Counted from the first letter of the stretch, positions 1 through 12,174 are shown. The stretch is DNA of 64,000 nt from Octopus sinensis (GCF_006345805.1 NC_043009.1:24428001-24492000), one strand, 5' to 3'. The notes: a model not told the origin generated them from the letters alone. Translations and numbers: made by a program.

Positions 1-330
1 AATAATATAAAAATGGAAGATTTTTCGAAGACTAGATCTTAGCTTTGGAATTGAGAGCTATATCAACCACAGATCAGGGCGGCACTGCATATTACCAAGC
101 CTCCCGTCTTTTGAATCTAGAAGGAGCACCAGTACTGTAACAGATTAGGCTATAAGGGTTTGTTCAATTATTCAACATACTACCAAACAACCTCAGAGAT
201 TTGCAAGGTGTAGATGTGGGTGTCTTCAAAAGACATCTGGACACATTTTATCTGAGATACCAAATGAACCCACATTGCGGCAGAGAGACGTAAATATGAG
301 CAGGTCGCTCGAAGTCGAAATGAGAAATGA
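1..330 (+). mobile_element. Decayed 3' end of a CR1/L2-group LINE ORF2
   Basis: About 170-270 translates FNILPNNLRDLQGVDVGVFKRHLDTF then, after a frameshift, SEIPNEP. This resembles the LFN.LP..LR...FK..LD.FL..IPDEP C-terminus of CR1/L2-group ORF2. Stops and frameshifts are present. Confidence 0.6.
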
Positions 331-1176
331 TACAGAAGAGAAACCTAATCACAATGAAAGGCTTTGTCCCAGCTAGGCCTTAGCCTCTGGCTGAATTCAT
401 TAAGTCAATAAACCAATCAAAAGATATTCATCCTACCGACGTAAAAATGAAAATAGTTATTTAATAATGTTGTCGTTGGCATAAAACAAGATAGTCACTA
501 TTGAAGAGTGTTCGAAAATTTTATCGTATCTAGCGAGCCAAAGCACATTTAAATCCTCAAATACTTTAACAATGAAAGGAAAATCATTTAAATTTGGAAA
601 TATTTCAAGAATTACTCTGAAACGGAAATTCATAATATTTTATGTAAATTTGTCTGCGATAAACACTAATGATAATAATCAATCATATTGTTGAATTGCT
701 CAAATTTATACAAATAATTCAGAAATAATTCTATAAAGAAGACATGGATATTTGGTGAGGCGGTGCTGGGTTCTCGATTTTGGTACATGGGGATTAATTG
801 TAGTGGAAGAGGGATATTCGATAATAATAGAGTCAATGATATCTCAGCAACTTATTTTCTCAAGAATTATTTGCTCCGTATTGATATATGTATATATTTA
901 TGTGTGTGTGTTTGTACTAGCTTAAAAGCCGCCCTATCAGGAGACTACTAAGCTAGCTCCTGCGGAGGGTTCTTCATTAGGCCTTGGGCCCAACGATGAC
1001 ACTTTATGCACTGAACAATATTTTTCAAGCAATGAACGACAATTTTTGTCTCCCAATTAGACTAAGGACTGAAACAAGTAGCAAAAGATAAAGATACATA
1101 TACACATGTATATATACACATAAAGGCATCTATACGTACATACATACATACATATATATATATATTTATATGCACA

Positions 1177-1265
<89 letters not shown>

Positions 1266-1452
1266 ATTGATAGAAATGGCAAGAAAACAAAAGAATGAAA
1301 GAGACCTCGATATCATGTAAATAGAGGAATTTATCTGTAAATAAATGTGAAATTATTCGGTAGCGATGATAAAACATATATAGTAGAAAAGGGGAGAGAA
1401 TTTCGATTACCCCACTGGTGAGTTGTAATGCCAAATATTACATATATATATA

Positions 1453-1498
<46 letters not shown>

Positions 1499-1652
1499 CC
1501 CATAAAAATATCGTGTATATTAAAACACATTAAGAGGCTTCCAGATAGGAAAGCATTGTGCTAGAAAGAGCAGTAGTAAACTCAAACCACTAATTAGGGA
1601 TAAATTCTCGAAAGGAATGAACATTAAAAACGTTTACCACCTACTTTAGTTT

Positions 1653-1702
1653 CTAGACCATAGTTTCTGACTAATTTCAGTATAAAAAATTTCATCAGTA
1701 GG
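1653..1702 (-). ncRNA. Minimal hammerhead ribozyme motif, stem II partly deleted
   Basis: Minus strand reads ccta-CTGATGA-aattttttatactgaaattagtca-GAAAC-TATG-GTC-taga. Confidence 0.55.
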
Positions 1703-2128
1703 TAGCATTTATATTTTAAATATACACACAGCTAGATCCGCATGTAAATTCGCTGCCTGCATATTCTAACTTTTCAAATCCACTGCGCAGATGCAGTTTA
1801 TTTCCGGCGACGGAGAGGATGCCGGTAAAATTTCGAACAAATTTGTCAAAAAATATTTAAACATAATAAATAATATTAAGGTAATAAGAATTATAGAAAT
1901 TATTATTACCAGTGGCCTAGCACAAACAAAAATTAATCAGTAGGCTATATATTTTTTTATGTGAATAATATATAGTTTATTGACTAATTTATTTTGTGCT
2001 AGGCCACTGGTAATAATCCTCTCTGTCGCCGGAAATAAAATGCATCTGCGTAGTGGATTTGAAACGTTAGAATATACAGGCAGCGAGTTTACATGCTAGT
2101 TTTGTGTATATTTAAAATCTAAAAGCTA

Positions 2129-2194
2129 CCTACTGTTGAAGACTGGCCTCAGTAAATATTTTTTACTGAAATTAGTCAGAAACCATGGTCTAGG
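2129..2194 (+). ncRNA. Minimal type-I hammerhead ribozyme motif (CUGUUGA core)
   Basis: ccta-CTGTTGA-a-gact...agtc-a-GAAAC-CATG-GTC-tagg. Stem I is ccta/tagg and stem III is the palindrome ACCATGGT. Confidence 0.65.
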
Positions 2195-2860
2195 AACTAA
2201 ATCAGATGGTAAACGTTTTTAATTTTCATTCCTTTCGATAATTTATCCCTAATTATTGGTTTGAGCTTTCTACTGCTCTTTCTAGCACAAGGCTTTCCTA
2301 TTTGGAAGCCTCTTGATGTGTTTTAATATACACGATATTTTTATGGGAACAATATATAGTCTATTGACTAATTTTTTGTGCTAGGCCAGTGGTAATAATA
2401 ATTTCTATAATTCTTATTACCCTAATATTATTTATTATGTTTATATATATATATATAATAATATATATATATATATAATCATAAGAGCAGTAAAATGCAC
2501 ACACTTTAGATTGCTTTAAGATATCTTAAATAATAGAATATTATGGCAAGAAAATTTATTGATAGAAAATACAGAACACGCTAAAATATGAATGCATAAC
2601 CAACTTAGGTTTCAGTATATATTTCAATTCATGATCGCGTATCTATCACATTATATTTTTCATTTCACTACTTTAGATCATGAGTTCATGTTACTCCACC
2701 AAAAAAATGAGCAATTACATCTTCTATCCCGAATACTATCAACCACCAATTTCCTGCACTCAAATTTCTCTACTTGTTGATTCATTCACAAAGGTTCATA
2801 AGAGAATATGAACTTAAAAAAAACCGTCTTTAAAAAGTACGAAATCACAGTAATGTCAAT

Positions 2861-2892
2861 GTCATGATTACCGAAAAGCGAAACCGGTCGAC
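2861..2892 (+). ncRNA. Degenerate hammerhead-like motif
   Basis: gtc-ATGATTA-ccgaaaagc-GAAAC-CG-GTC-gac. The 3' half is canonical; the 5' core has 2 mismatches to CUGAUGA. Confidence 0.35.
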
Positions 2893-3014
2893 TACTACAA
2901 TATTCTATCATATGTAAACTGTGTGCATTTTCCTTCTTTTATTATATGGGGTCGATATATTCTGTTATATGCGAAGCTCCAGTATGGCTACAGTCAAATT
3001 ATTGAAACAAGTGA

Positions 3015-3175
3015 CTTGTTTCTCTCCTTGTATTTTTCTTTGTCCCTTTCTGTAGAAGAGCGTAGGCTCGAAACGTAAAATACTTTTTCTATTCCTGAGC
3101 GTTATACTAATACATCTGTTTGTTTTGTACACCACCTGTCGTTGTCTTTTTTTTTTGGTAAACTCTCCCTATATA
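3015..3175 (+). mobile_element. Penelope-like pLTR fragment with hammerhead motif at 3046-3081
   Basis: cttt-CTGTAGA-a-gagc-gtag-gctc-GAAAC-GTA-aaa. Homologous to the reverse complement of 28205-28385; (TA)n follows. Confidence 0.6.
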
Positions 3176-3496
3176 TATATATATATATATAGTATTTGGC
3201 ATTACAACTCACCAGTGCGGTAATCGAAATTCTCTTCCCCTTTTTGTAATATATATGTGTGCGTAAATGTGTGTGTTTGTGTGTCTGTGTGTATGTGTGT
3301 GTGTGTGTATACGTGGATACATACACTCGAACATGCGTAGAAAATTATGAGACAGTATCTTTCGTTATGAGGTTGGAAAGTGGCTTGAATATTCTGTGAT
3401 GTAGACAAGTTATCTGATGAGAGTAAATGTCAATTAGATTTCACAGCACCGCCACCCATTTCACTCCCTATTGCCTTCCTATTAATAATAGATGAA

Positions 3497-3527
<31 letters not shown>

Positions 3528-4041
3528 ATTCAATGCGAGAGGTTGACAGGAAATAAATATTTAAAAACAAAGTCAAAATCTCAAAAACGTAGAACTTATA
3601 AATAAAATTATTACGGCACAATTACTCTAATAAAATGGCGGTTTTAAACTGTTCTACGATACTTGTAACTTAATCATTCGGTGAACTGTTGTTAAAATAT
3701 GATCATACGACAGAAAATTATAAAAAGGAACTATAAAAATTTAGATAGCGACGCTAGAAATTCTACAATAATCAAGTACATGGATATATTATTTATATAT
3801 ACATAGATATATGTTTATATTTGTGAGTTTACGGTGTTGGAGTGACAGTGATACATGTGGATGAGGCGAGGAAGTGTAAATGTTGGTAATAACGGAAATG
3901 TACAGATGAAGATTGGAATCTTGAAATAAATGCTCACAAATATGTATGTGTGTTTGTATATGTATGAATATGTGTGTGGGTATGTATATATATATGTACG
4001 TATCTATGTATATTTATATACATATATATATGTATTTTATA

Positions 4042-4108
<67 letters not shown>

Positions 4109-4274
4109 ATATATATATTATATATAAATACAGGTAGATAGATAGATTGAGAAATAAATAGAGAGAAAGAGAGAGGGTGAGTGACAGAGAGAGATAGATA
4201 GAGAGCTAGATAGAAATACATCATAGCGATAGATATTAGAGGTAAAATATAAAGAGAAAACAAGTGTACTTCTG

Positions 4275-4317
<43 letters not shown>

Positions 4318-4572
4318 TCACTGAGGTGAGCGGGGTGATTTGTAACAAAAATTATTCAGCAGTTACTTTCGATTGCTTTCACTGATAACCTTCGTCAAGA
4401 GATATGAGTGGAGAGCATTTACTTTGCACTGAATGGGTAGGAATAAGATGAAAACTGATTAATTTTATTTCAAGATTGAAATCTTCATCTCTACGTTTCC
4501 ATTATTGCCAACGCCATTCACATTTCCTTACCTCATCCCCATGTATGCCTGTCACTCCAACACCGTAAACTC

Positions 4573-4603
<31 letters not shown>

Positions 4604-4818
4604 TGTAGATATGTATATATGTATGTATGTAATTATGAATAATATATACATATATAGGCGCCGTAGTGGCTGTGTGGTAAGTAGCTTGCTTACCAATCAC
4701 ATGGTCCCGTGTTCGGTACCACTGCGTGGCACTGTGGGCAAGTGCCTTCTACTATAGCGTCGGGCCGACCAAAGTCTTCTGAGGGGATTTGGTAGACGGA
4801 AACTGAAGGAAGCCAGTC

Positions 4819-4863
<45 letters not shown>

Positions 4864-4884
4864 TATATATATATATATATATAT

Positions 4885-5385
4885 ATGGAAATAGTAATGC
4901 AATACTAGAGTATTACTTTCCAGTAAAGAATAGCCCATGAGGGTAAAATTATACATAATAGTAAATAGATGGTACAACGAAGCACCGATATCTACTGGAA
5001 AATAGCGAACGTAATAAATACGACGCTAATGTATAGCTTCACTGTGTATGTACTAGTAAAGATGCTTGTGCGCAACAAACATGAAAAAAATTGTGTTACC
5101 TCTAGGAAGAACATCTGAAAATGAAAGTCCTAGATAACGGATAATGCAGTACCGGTTTCGGATTTTTCAAAATACGGTTGCTAATCGTATATATGATTTA
5201 TCCTCATCAGCTGCATAAACCTCATCAATATTTCAAATGTTGCCACATCTATACCAGTACACTCGTCTGAATGCCAAAAACGTTTACAGAACGAGAACAG
5301 TGAAAGCGTTTCAATGAAAATAGTAATGCAATACTAGATATTGCTTTCCACGTTGTACCATCTATTTACTATTATGTATATATTT
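4885..5385 (-). mobile_element. Penelope-like fragment with direct and inverted terminal duplications
   Basis: aaatagtaatgcaatactaga is repeated directly at about 4888 and 5320. atacataatagtaaatagatggtacaacg (about 4951) is inverted at about 5351. An internal hammerhead is present and (TA)n flanks both sides. Confidence 0.65.
5144..5216 (-). ncRNA. Minimal type-I hammerhead ribozyme, canonical core
   Basis: Minus strand reads atgcag-CTGATGA-ggat(36 nt)atcc-GAAAC-CG-GTA-ctgcat, giving a 6-bp stem I and a palindromic ACCGGT stem III. Confidence 0.85.
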
Positions 5386-5427
5386 TATATATAGATATAT
5401 ATATATCTATATATATATATATATATA

Positions 5428-5612
5428 AGAAAGTTGGTTGGTGAAAGCACGTGGTTGAATATATAGAAAATAGTAAAAGTGAAAAAAACTACAGAAGGCT
5501 GTTTTAAAAGGTTAAAAATATATATTTGAGTCAATATGTCAATTTGACTCAAATATATTTTTTAACCTTTTAAAACAAGCCTTCTGTAGTTTTTTCACTT
5601 TTTACTATTTTC

Positions 5613-5615
<3 letters not shown>
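5428..5615. mobile_element. Short fold-back copy of the Penelope-like family also at 21655-22173
   Basis: It begins aagaaagttggttggtgaaagcacgtgg like 21659. Inverted arms at about 5460-5535 and 5545-5615 surround gagtcaatatgtcaatttgactc. Confidence 0.65.
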
Positions 5616-5664
<49 letters not shown>

Positions 5665-6050
5665 TATATATACATACGCATATGCACACACACACACACA
5701 CACACATATATATAAATATATTTATGTGTGTATGTGTATCTGTTTGTCTCTTCCAACATCGCTTAACAACCGATGCTGGTGTGTTTACGTCCTCGTAAAT
5801 TAGCGGGGCTCCAGCATAGCCGCAGTCAAATGACTGTAACAAATAAGAGAATACTCGTAGCCTCAGATGTGGCTTTGTGATAAGAAGGCTGCTATTCAAT
5901 GACATGGTTCCGGGTTTAGTTCTACTGTTTGGCAGCTTGCACGGGTGCCTTCTGCCATAGCCCCTACAAGTGTCTTCTCCTATATATATATTAAATACAA
6001 TGCTCTATCATGTAAGTTAAACATTCAACATGGCATAGGTCACAGAGACG

Positions 6051-6270
6051 TCTTTTATTCTGTCACTTGTTTCAGTCATTTGACTGTGGCCATATTAGAG
6101 CACCGCATATAACAGAGGATATCGACCCTAGGACTTATATTTTTGTAAGCCTTGTACTTATTCTATCGGTCTCGTTTGCCGAAGCGCTAAGTTTCGGAGA
6201 CGTAAACACACCAGCATTGGTTGTATAGCGATGGCGGAGAGGACAAGTACACACACACACGGAAACATAA

Positions 6271-6325
<55 letters not shown>

Positions 6326-6410
6326 CGATGTGCTTCTTTCAGTTTCCATCTACCAAATCCACTCACAAGACTTTGGTCGGCTCGAGGCTATTTCAGAAAA
6401 CACTCTGCCC
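6051..6410 (-). mobile_element. SINE family A copy, 5'-truncated
   Basis: Reverse complement of the family A body and tail, with a central (CA)n(TA)n. Confidence 0.8.
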
Positions 6411-7117
6411 TCTACAATACATCCTTTCTACTGACCGGTGTCCGGCCAAGGCAATGCTGTCCTTGTACGGTCTGACTTTGACCAGACAGGTCATTCTGGT
6501 CTGGGCTCTCTCCATTTGCGCCACCTCAATAAGTTAATTCGGTAGCTGAAATGCACCTTCTATTGTATATGCAGTATATGTATAATTATTCTTATTGGAA
6601 TGTTGTATAGCCGTAAGGTTTCGTTCTTTTATATATGCATAACTCTTTGTTGTATTTATATGTCTTATATATTTCTGTCTTTGTATACATTTGCTAGCTG
6701 TCTTTGTATACATTCCAGAAGCTTACTGCTCTGGCGCCTCCAACGTTGAATATTATGGGTCATTGACTGATGAGGAAATCAGCTGCAAATCTTACGTGTA
6801 TCATGATTTTACCTATATTTCCCGTCCCCTAAATTTCGTATAGTTTTTCATTTGCTCTCCTGTAGTCTAACTTTTTCACCTTGTGTTTTTTCCTGCACAT
6901 AATATAATATATAATATGTATGTATTGTATCTGTACGCGTGCATGTCTTTGTGGTCGGCAGCCTGCCTCTTGACATTCTGTGATGCTTTATATCCCTGTA
7001 ACGTAGCACTTCGACTAAAGAGACAGCTAGAGTAAGCATCAGGCTGAAATTATGTAAGTACTAATGATGAGTGCTTAGTCTAAACGTTTGAAGAAGTGTC
7101 ACAGCATGACCACAGTT

Positions 7118-7161
<44 letters not shown>

Positions 7162-7235
7162 TAATTTAAAACAAGTGGTCTAACATATTGAAATATCTGA
7201 GGATTCAGAAAAAATTATATTACATAGATATAAGA

Positions 7236-7456
7236 GGGATGACCTGTAAGTGGACATCCATTATGCTAGAAGTAGATCCGCTATGGTCTTACCACTAAGA
7301 AAGTAACGTTCTCAAGAAAATTTACCAATCGTCAGAATGTAAGTGAGAAAGACGTTCTGGCATTTGCTAAATATTCATGAGAACATTCCTTTCTTAGCGT
7401 TAAGTCAATAGCGGATGTACTTGTAGCATAATGGATGTCCACTTACAGGTCATCCC
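7236..7456. mobile_element. MITE with about 50-bp terminal inverted repeats
   Basis: gggatgacctgtaagtggacatccattatgctagaagtagatccgctat versus atagcggatgtacttgtagcataatggatgtccacttacaggtcatccc. Confidence 0.75.
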
Positions 7457-7487
7457 TTTTATATGTATATATATATATACTGTATGT

Positions 7488-7885
7488 AGGCAAAGGTGTG
7501 GCCGCGTGGTAAGTATCTTGATTACCAACCACATGGTTCCAGGTTCAGTCCCACTGCGTGGCAACTTGAGCATGTGTCTTCTACTATAGCCTCGGGCCGA
7601 CCAAAGCCTTGTGAGTGGATTCGGTAGACGGAAACGGAAAGAAGCCCGTTGTATATATATGTGTGGGGGATATTTTTGTGTCTGTTTTTGTCCCCCGACC
7701 ATCGCTTGACAACGGACGGTGGTGTGTTCACGTCCCCGTCACTTAGCGGTTCGGCAAAAGAGAATTGATGGGATAAGTACTAGGCTTACAAAGAATAAGT
7801 CGTGAGGTCAATTTGTTCGACTAAAGTCGGTGCTCCAGCATGGTCGCAGTCAAATAACTGAAACAAACAAAAAGAACAAAAAGAA
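7488..7885 (+). mobile_element. SINE family A, full length
   Basis: tRNA-like head with a B box (ggttcagtccc), body, central TA/TG tract and the tail ggtgctccagcatggtcgcagtcaaa. Confidence 0.85.
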
Positions 7886-8056
7886 AACATATATATATAT
7901 ATATACACATATTTCTGCGTGTGCGCGTGTGTGTTTGTGCGTATGTCTGAGCGACCAATGATACTTTATTTGTTCCATGTCCTCGCGTTGCGGTGTTTTT
8001 TTTTTTGTGTTTTCTTGTTTGGATAACTATATATATATATATATATAATATATATA

Positions 8057-8101
<45 letters not shown>

Positions 8102-8103
8102 TA

Positions 8104-8373
8104 AAAATGAAGAATAGAGTCGAACGGCGATTGAACAAATTCCTTTATTCTCGACATATGTTTCCGAAAACTGCATATTCCTAATTCCGAAGGAATAAAG
8201 GGTGCATTATGCCGTCTTCTCATCAGAAAAGACAAGGAACATAAGTGATGACATAAGTTCCGGCATAATGCACCCTTTATTCCTTCGGAATGGGAATATG
8301 CAGTCTTCGAAACATATGTCGAGAATAAAGGAATTTTGTTAAAATCGCCGTTCGACTCCATATACTTTCATTT
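8104..8373. mobile_element. Fold-back Penelope-like fragment
   Basis: Arms of about 110 bp at 8104-8214 and 8261-8373 are reverse complements; (TA)n lies on the left. Confidence 0.7.
8148..8231 (-). ncRNA. Minimal hammerhead ribozyme motif
   Basis: Minus strand reads tttt-CTGATGA-gaagac...gttttc-g-GAAAC-ATAT-GTC-gagaa, with a palindromic ACATATGT stem III. Confidence 0.7.
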
Positions 8374-8586
8374 ATCTATAGTAAAAAAACACACAATTTC
8401 CACACGAAAGCACGTGATTTCTGCCTTGGCATGTAGCTTCAAACTGTGCTTTCTGACGTAAATTGCTACCCGGTTATCGGTTACCGAATTACCATACTAG
8501 GATGATTCATTCAACTACTTAAACATTTATATACATACATATATATATATATTTATATATATATATATACATACATACATGTATAT

Positions 8587-8649
<63 letters not shown>

Positions 8650-9487
8650 TATATATATATTTATATATACATATATTTCTGTGAGTGTGTGTGTTTGTGC
8701 GTATATGAGTGTAACGTATGTTCGTGTGTGTGTGTGTGTGTGTGTACATATTACATGTTCACACAAACACAGCTCATATATGCAATAAAAACTACTATTA
8801 CGAGATGGAAAAACAAATAAATAAATACCTAAAATAATTTTTTTCCAAAAAATAACATCAGCGAAGACACGCAAAAAGAAAAAAAAAACTTATTTAGACA
8901 CTTATTAAAGATGAATGACGTGGGATCATCCGAGGTTCTTATTCTTTCGGAGAATGACGATTGAAACAAAATTGAACAATACGCGATATATCATAGCTTC
9001 TCCAAGACACCAAGAATTTTATGCAAACTTTCCTCTGTCTTGTATCATTTATCATCTAAAGACATCAAACCGTTTCCTTAGAGAGCGGACAAAGAACCAC
9101 TTTGTCAGTCAATTTCTGTATATATGCAATATCATTACAGTGTACAACATTTGACTGCTAAATCAAAGAATTCTGATTAAATGTGTATTTTTGTTGAGCT
9201 CTTTTTTATGATTTATTTTTTTTGTATTTTTCTTTTTCGGTTTTGGCTTTCTATTCATTTTACGTCTATTTATTTCTTCATTTATTTATTAAGCTGCTCT
9301 TGGTTTCTGTATCTTATTGTTTTTTAACAATGCATATAAAACGAAATGATTAGTTTCCGAAGAATGAACGTATAAGTAAATGTCTGTGTGTGTAGGTTTG
9401 TGTGAATGTGTGTGTGTGTGTGTGTGCAGATGTATCTGTATACACATACCTGTTTCTATAATCATATATATATATACTCATAAATAC

Positions 9488-9519
<32 letters not shown>

Positions 9520-9961
9520 TCATAACATACATGTGTATGTGTGTGTGTGTAAGTGTGTGTCTGTTTAAGTGTCTATGCGTCTGTGTGTATGTATGTGTAC
9601 TATACTATATTCTGCTATACTTCACATGCTTAAGAACCATTCCATCTTGTTTGATCACTCTAACAGAGAATCGTACAAATACATCTCAAAACGATACACA
9701 GTCATAATCGAATAGAAATGTATTTATTCTTGTTATTGTTTCTATTGTTTGGTCTAGAGACGGTCACATCGGTGAGACATTAGAAGTACGTAGATTACCT
9801 AACCGTTTGTTGCAATCTCAGATTCATCACTATATTTATACCTATATCCAGAGTATCAGGATCACATTCTATGCTGTAGGAAGTAACCCTCTGGCATTAT
9901 GTTGATTGGCGCCAGCAATGTTTTGTAGTCCCGAGTCATATATTTACTTCTGTTGTAGGCT

Positions 9962-10562
9962 CAACGCCCGAAATTTTGGGGGGAGAGGGCTTGTCGAGTA
10001 GATCGACAACGATACGAAACTGCTTCTTAACTTATTAAGTCCGAAAGGATGAAGGGCACAGTCGACCTCGGCGGAATTTGAACTCAGAGCACAAAGATAG
10101 ACGAAATACCGCTAAGCAATTCACCCGGCGTGCTAACGTTTCTTATTTGTTTACTGCCCACAAGGGTCTCTGTTTAACATAGAGGGGACAAACGGATTAA
10201 GTCGATTATATTGCCCCCCCCCACCCCCAGTGCGTAACTGGTACTTATTTAATCGTCCCAGAAAGGATGAAAGGCAAAGTCGACCTCGGTGGAATTTGAA
10301 CTCAGAACGTAGCGGCAGACGAAATACCTATTTCTTTACTACCCACATGGGGCTAAACATAGAGGGGACAAACAAGGACAGACAAACGGATTAAGTCGAT
10401 TGTATCGACCCCAGTGCGTAACTGGTACTTAATTTATCGACCCCGAAAGGATGAAAGGTAAATTCGACGTCGGCGGAATTTGAACTCAGAACGTAACGGC
10501 AGACGAAATACCACTAAGCATTTCGTCCGGCGTGCCAACGATTCTGCCAGTTCGCCGCCTTA
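9962..10562 (-). mobile_element. SINE family B, three tandem units
   Basis: The head taaggcggcgaactggcagaa, B box gagttcaaattcc and core gtcgactttgcctttcatcctttcggggtcgat recur three times, each partly diverged. The core recalls conserved metazoan SINE central domains (from memory, unverified). Confidence 0.85.
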
Positions 10563-10892
10563 GCCCCGGGTCATATATTGTCAGATAGAAAAATAACCAA
10601 TAGGCCTTTCAATCGTCACACTCACGGTGGAGTATGCTTTCCGGATGATAGATTATGTCTATCACCGAAGTTGGCCCATGGCTGGTTTTGGATTCAAAAC
10701 AGAAAGACATGCTAAAATGCTTCAAGGCATCTGGTTCTGGCAGCCAATCGTTTTTTTTTTTTTTGGTTTTTTTTTTGGCCGAGCTCGAAAAGTTGAAAAG
10801 AAAAGTTGATAACATTAAAAGTAAAGACAGAGAGAATCGGGATGCATAACTCAGGGCATTATGACAGACGAGTTAACAACGCAGCCAATAAT

Positions 10893-11348
10893 TGTGGTTA
10901 TTACAAGGCGGTGACTGGCAGGGATATTAGCACGTTCCTGCTTAGCGGTATTTCGTCTCTCTTTACGTTTTGAGTTCAAATTCCGCCGAGGTTGACTTTG
11001 CCTTTCATCCTTTCGGGTTTGATAGATTAATTACCTTTTGCGTACTGGGGTCGATCTAATCGATTGCCCACTTCGCCAATAAATTCGGGCCTTGTACCTA
11101 GAGTAGAAAAGAATAAATGTGGTTATTACAAGGCGGCGAGCTGGCAAAAACGTTAGCACACCGGATGAAACGCTTAGGGGTATTTTGTCTGTATTTGCGT
11201 TCTGAGTTCAAATTACACCGAGGTCGACTTTGCCTTTCATCCTTTCGGGTTCGATAAATTAAGTACCAGTTGCCCACTGGTATCGATCTAATCGACTGGC
11301 TTCCGACCCCCAACATTTCAGACATTGTACCTAGAGTAGAAAAGAATA
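10893..11348 (+). mobile_element. Two tandem SINE family B copies (about 228-bp unit)
   Basis: Both units start tgtggttattacaaggcg and end gtacctagagtagaaaagaata. Confidence 0.8.
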
Positions 11349-12082
11349 GATGTAGTAACTACGACTTTCTTTCGTCGCTCCTTTGTTTGAGATGTTGCTG
11401 TTCATACCGAATCAGCTCAGATGAAACCGGGTGGGTGTCTTCTACAGATATGTATGGCTGTTTATCTACATCTCAAAGCACAGAGTTGAGCCACGATTTT
11501 AACAGCTAACCGCCTTAAAAACGCGATAGATACTACGTGATATAAAGTGCGACATCGCAACACGTTCCTGAAACAGCAGCACTTGAGTTTTATCGTATTC
11601 TATCGATCTGAGAGTGTACACGTCCAGCAAATTTGAACTCTGTGACAGCTGAACCCAGAGCGTATAAATGTGGAACAACTATCGCAAGACATTCTGTCCT
11701 CCTCTCTAATATGTCAGCCAATTCACCGGTTCCATACAGCCCTATCATTGGCGTTTATTCAAGCTGCAAGGTAACTTTGATGAATTAACATTCCCCGTTT
11801 ATAAGATAATAGTGCGAAGTTTGAGGAATAATTTATTTCTATGTTAGCAGATATACCTATCATATAGAAGATGTTTTTTGACTCACAGATGAGAAATATG
11901 GTGTCAATTTGCTCCTAGATTTTGTCTAAAGTTAGAATATATAAGATTGTGATACGCAATTTCCGTCTGTAATGTCGGTAATAAAACACTATATCCAAAA
12001 TATAAGCTTTGACAATAATCTGTCAAATTAGTTTGTTTTGAAACACGTTACATCATTAAACATAAACACATTCGATTGTTAT

Positions 12083-12173
<91 letters not shown>
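12083..12173 (+). repeat. (GATA)n microsatellite
   Basis: Perfect GATA run. Confidence 0.97.

Positions 12174-12174
<1 letters not shown>

Larger units (their letters stand above)
1497..2443. mobile_element. Penelope-like fragments in a nested inverted/tandem arrangement
   Basis: About 1497-1830 is the reverse complement of about 2015-2350, and about 1857-1950 is the reverse complement of about 2350-2443. A hammerhead motif lies in each long arm; (TA)n flanks both sides. Confidence 0.65.
4656..5853 (+). mobile_element. tRNA-headed SINE family A, split by insertions in its central microsatellite
   Basis: 5' half at 4656-4820 (ggctgtgtggtaag...ggaaactgaaggaagcc) and 3' half at about 5735-5853 (caacatcgcttaacaaccgatgctggtgtg...cagtcaaatgactg), both in the same orientation. 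Matches the intact copies at 7488 and 52841. Confidence 0.75.

Noticed and set aside
6767-6823. CTGATGA followed by a ggaaat/atttcc stem
   Set aside because: No GAAA-stem III-NUH half follows, so it is at most a truncated hammerhead.
10655-10849. ORF faintly like a pogo transposase C-terminus
   Set aside because: The similarity is too weak and is interrupted by poly-T.
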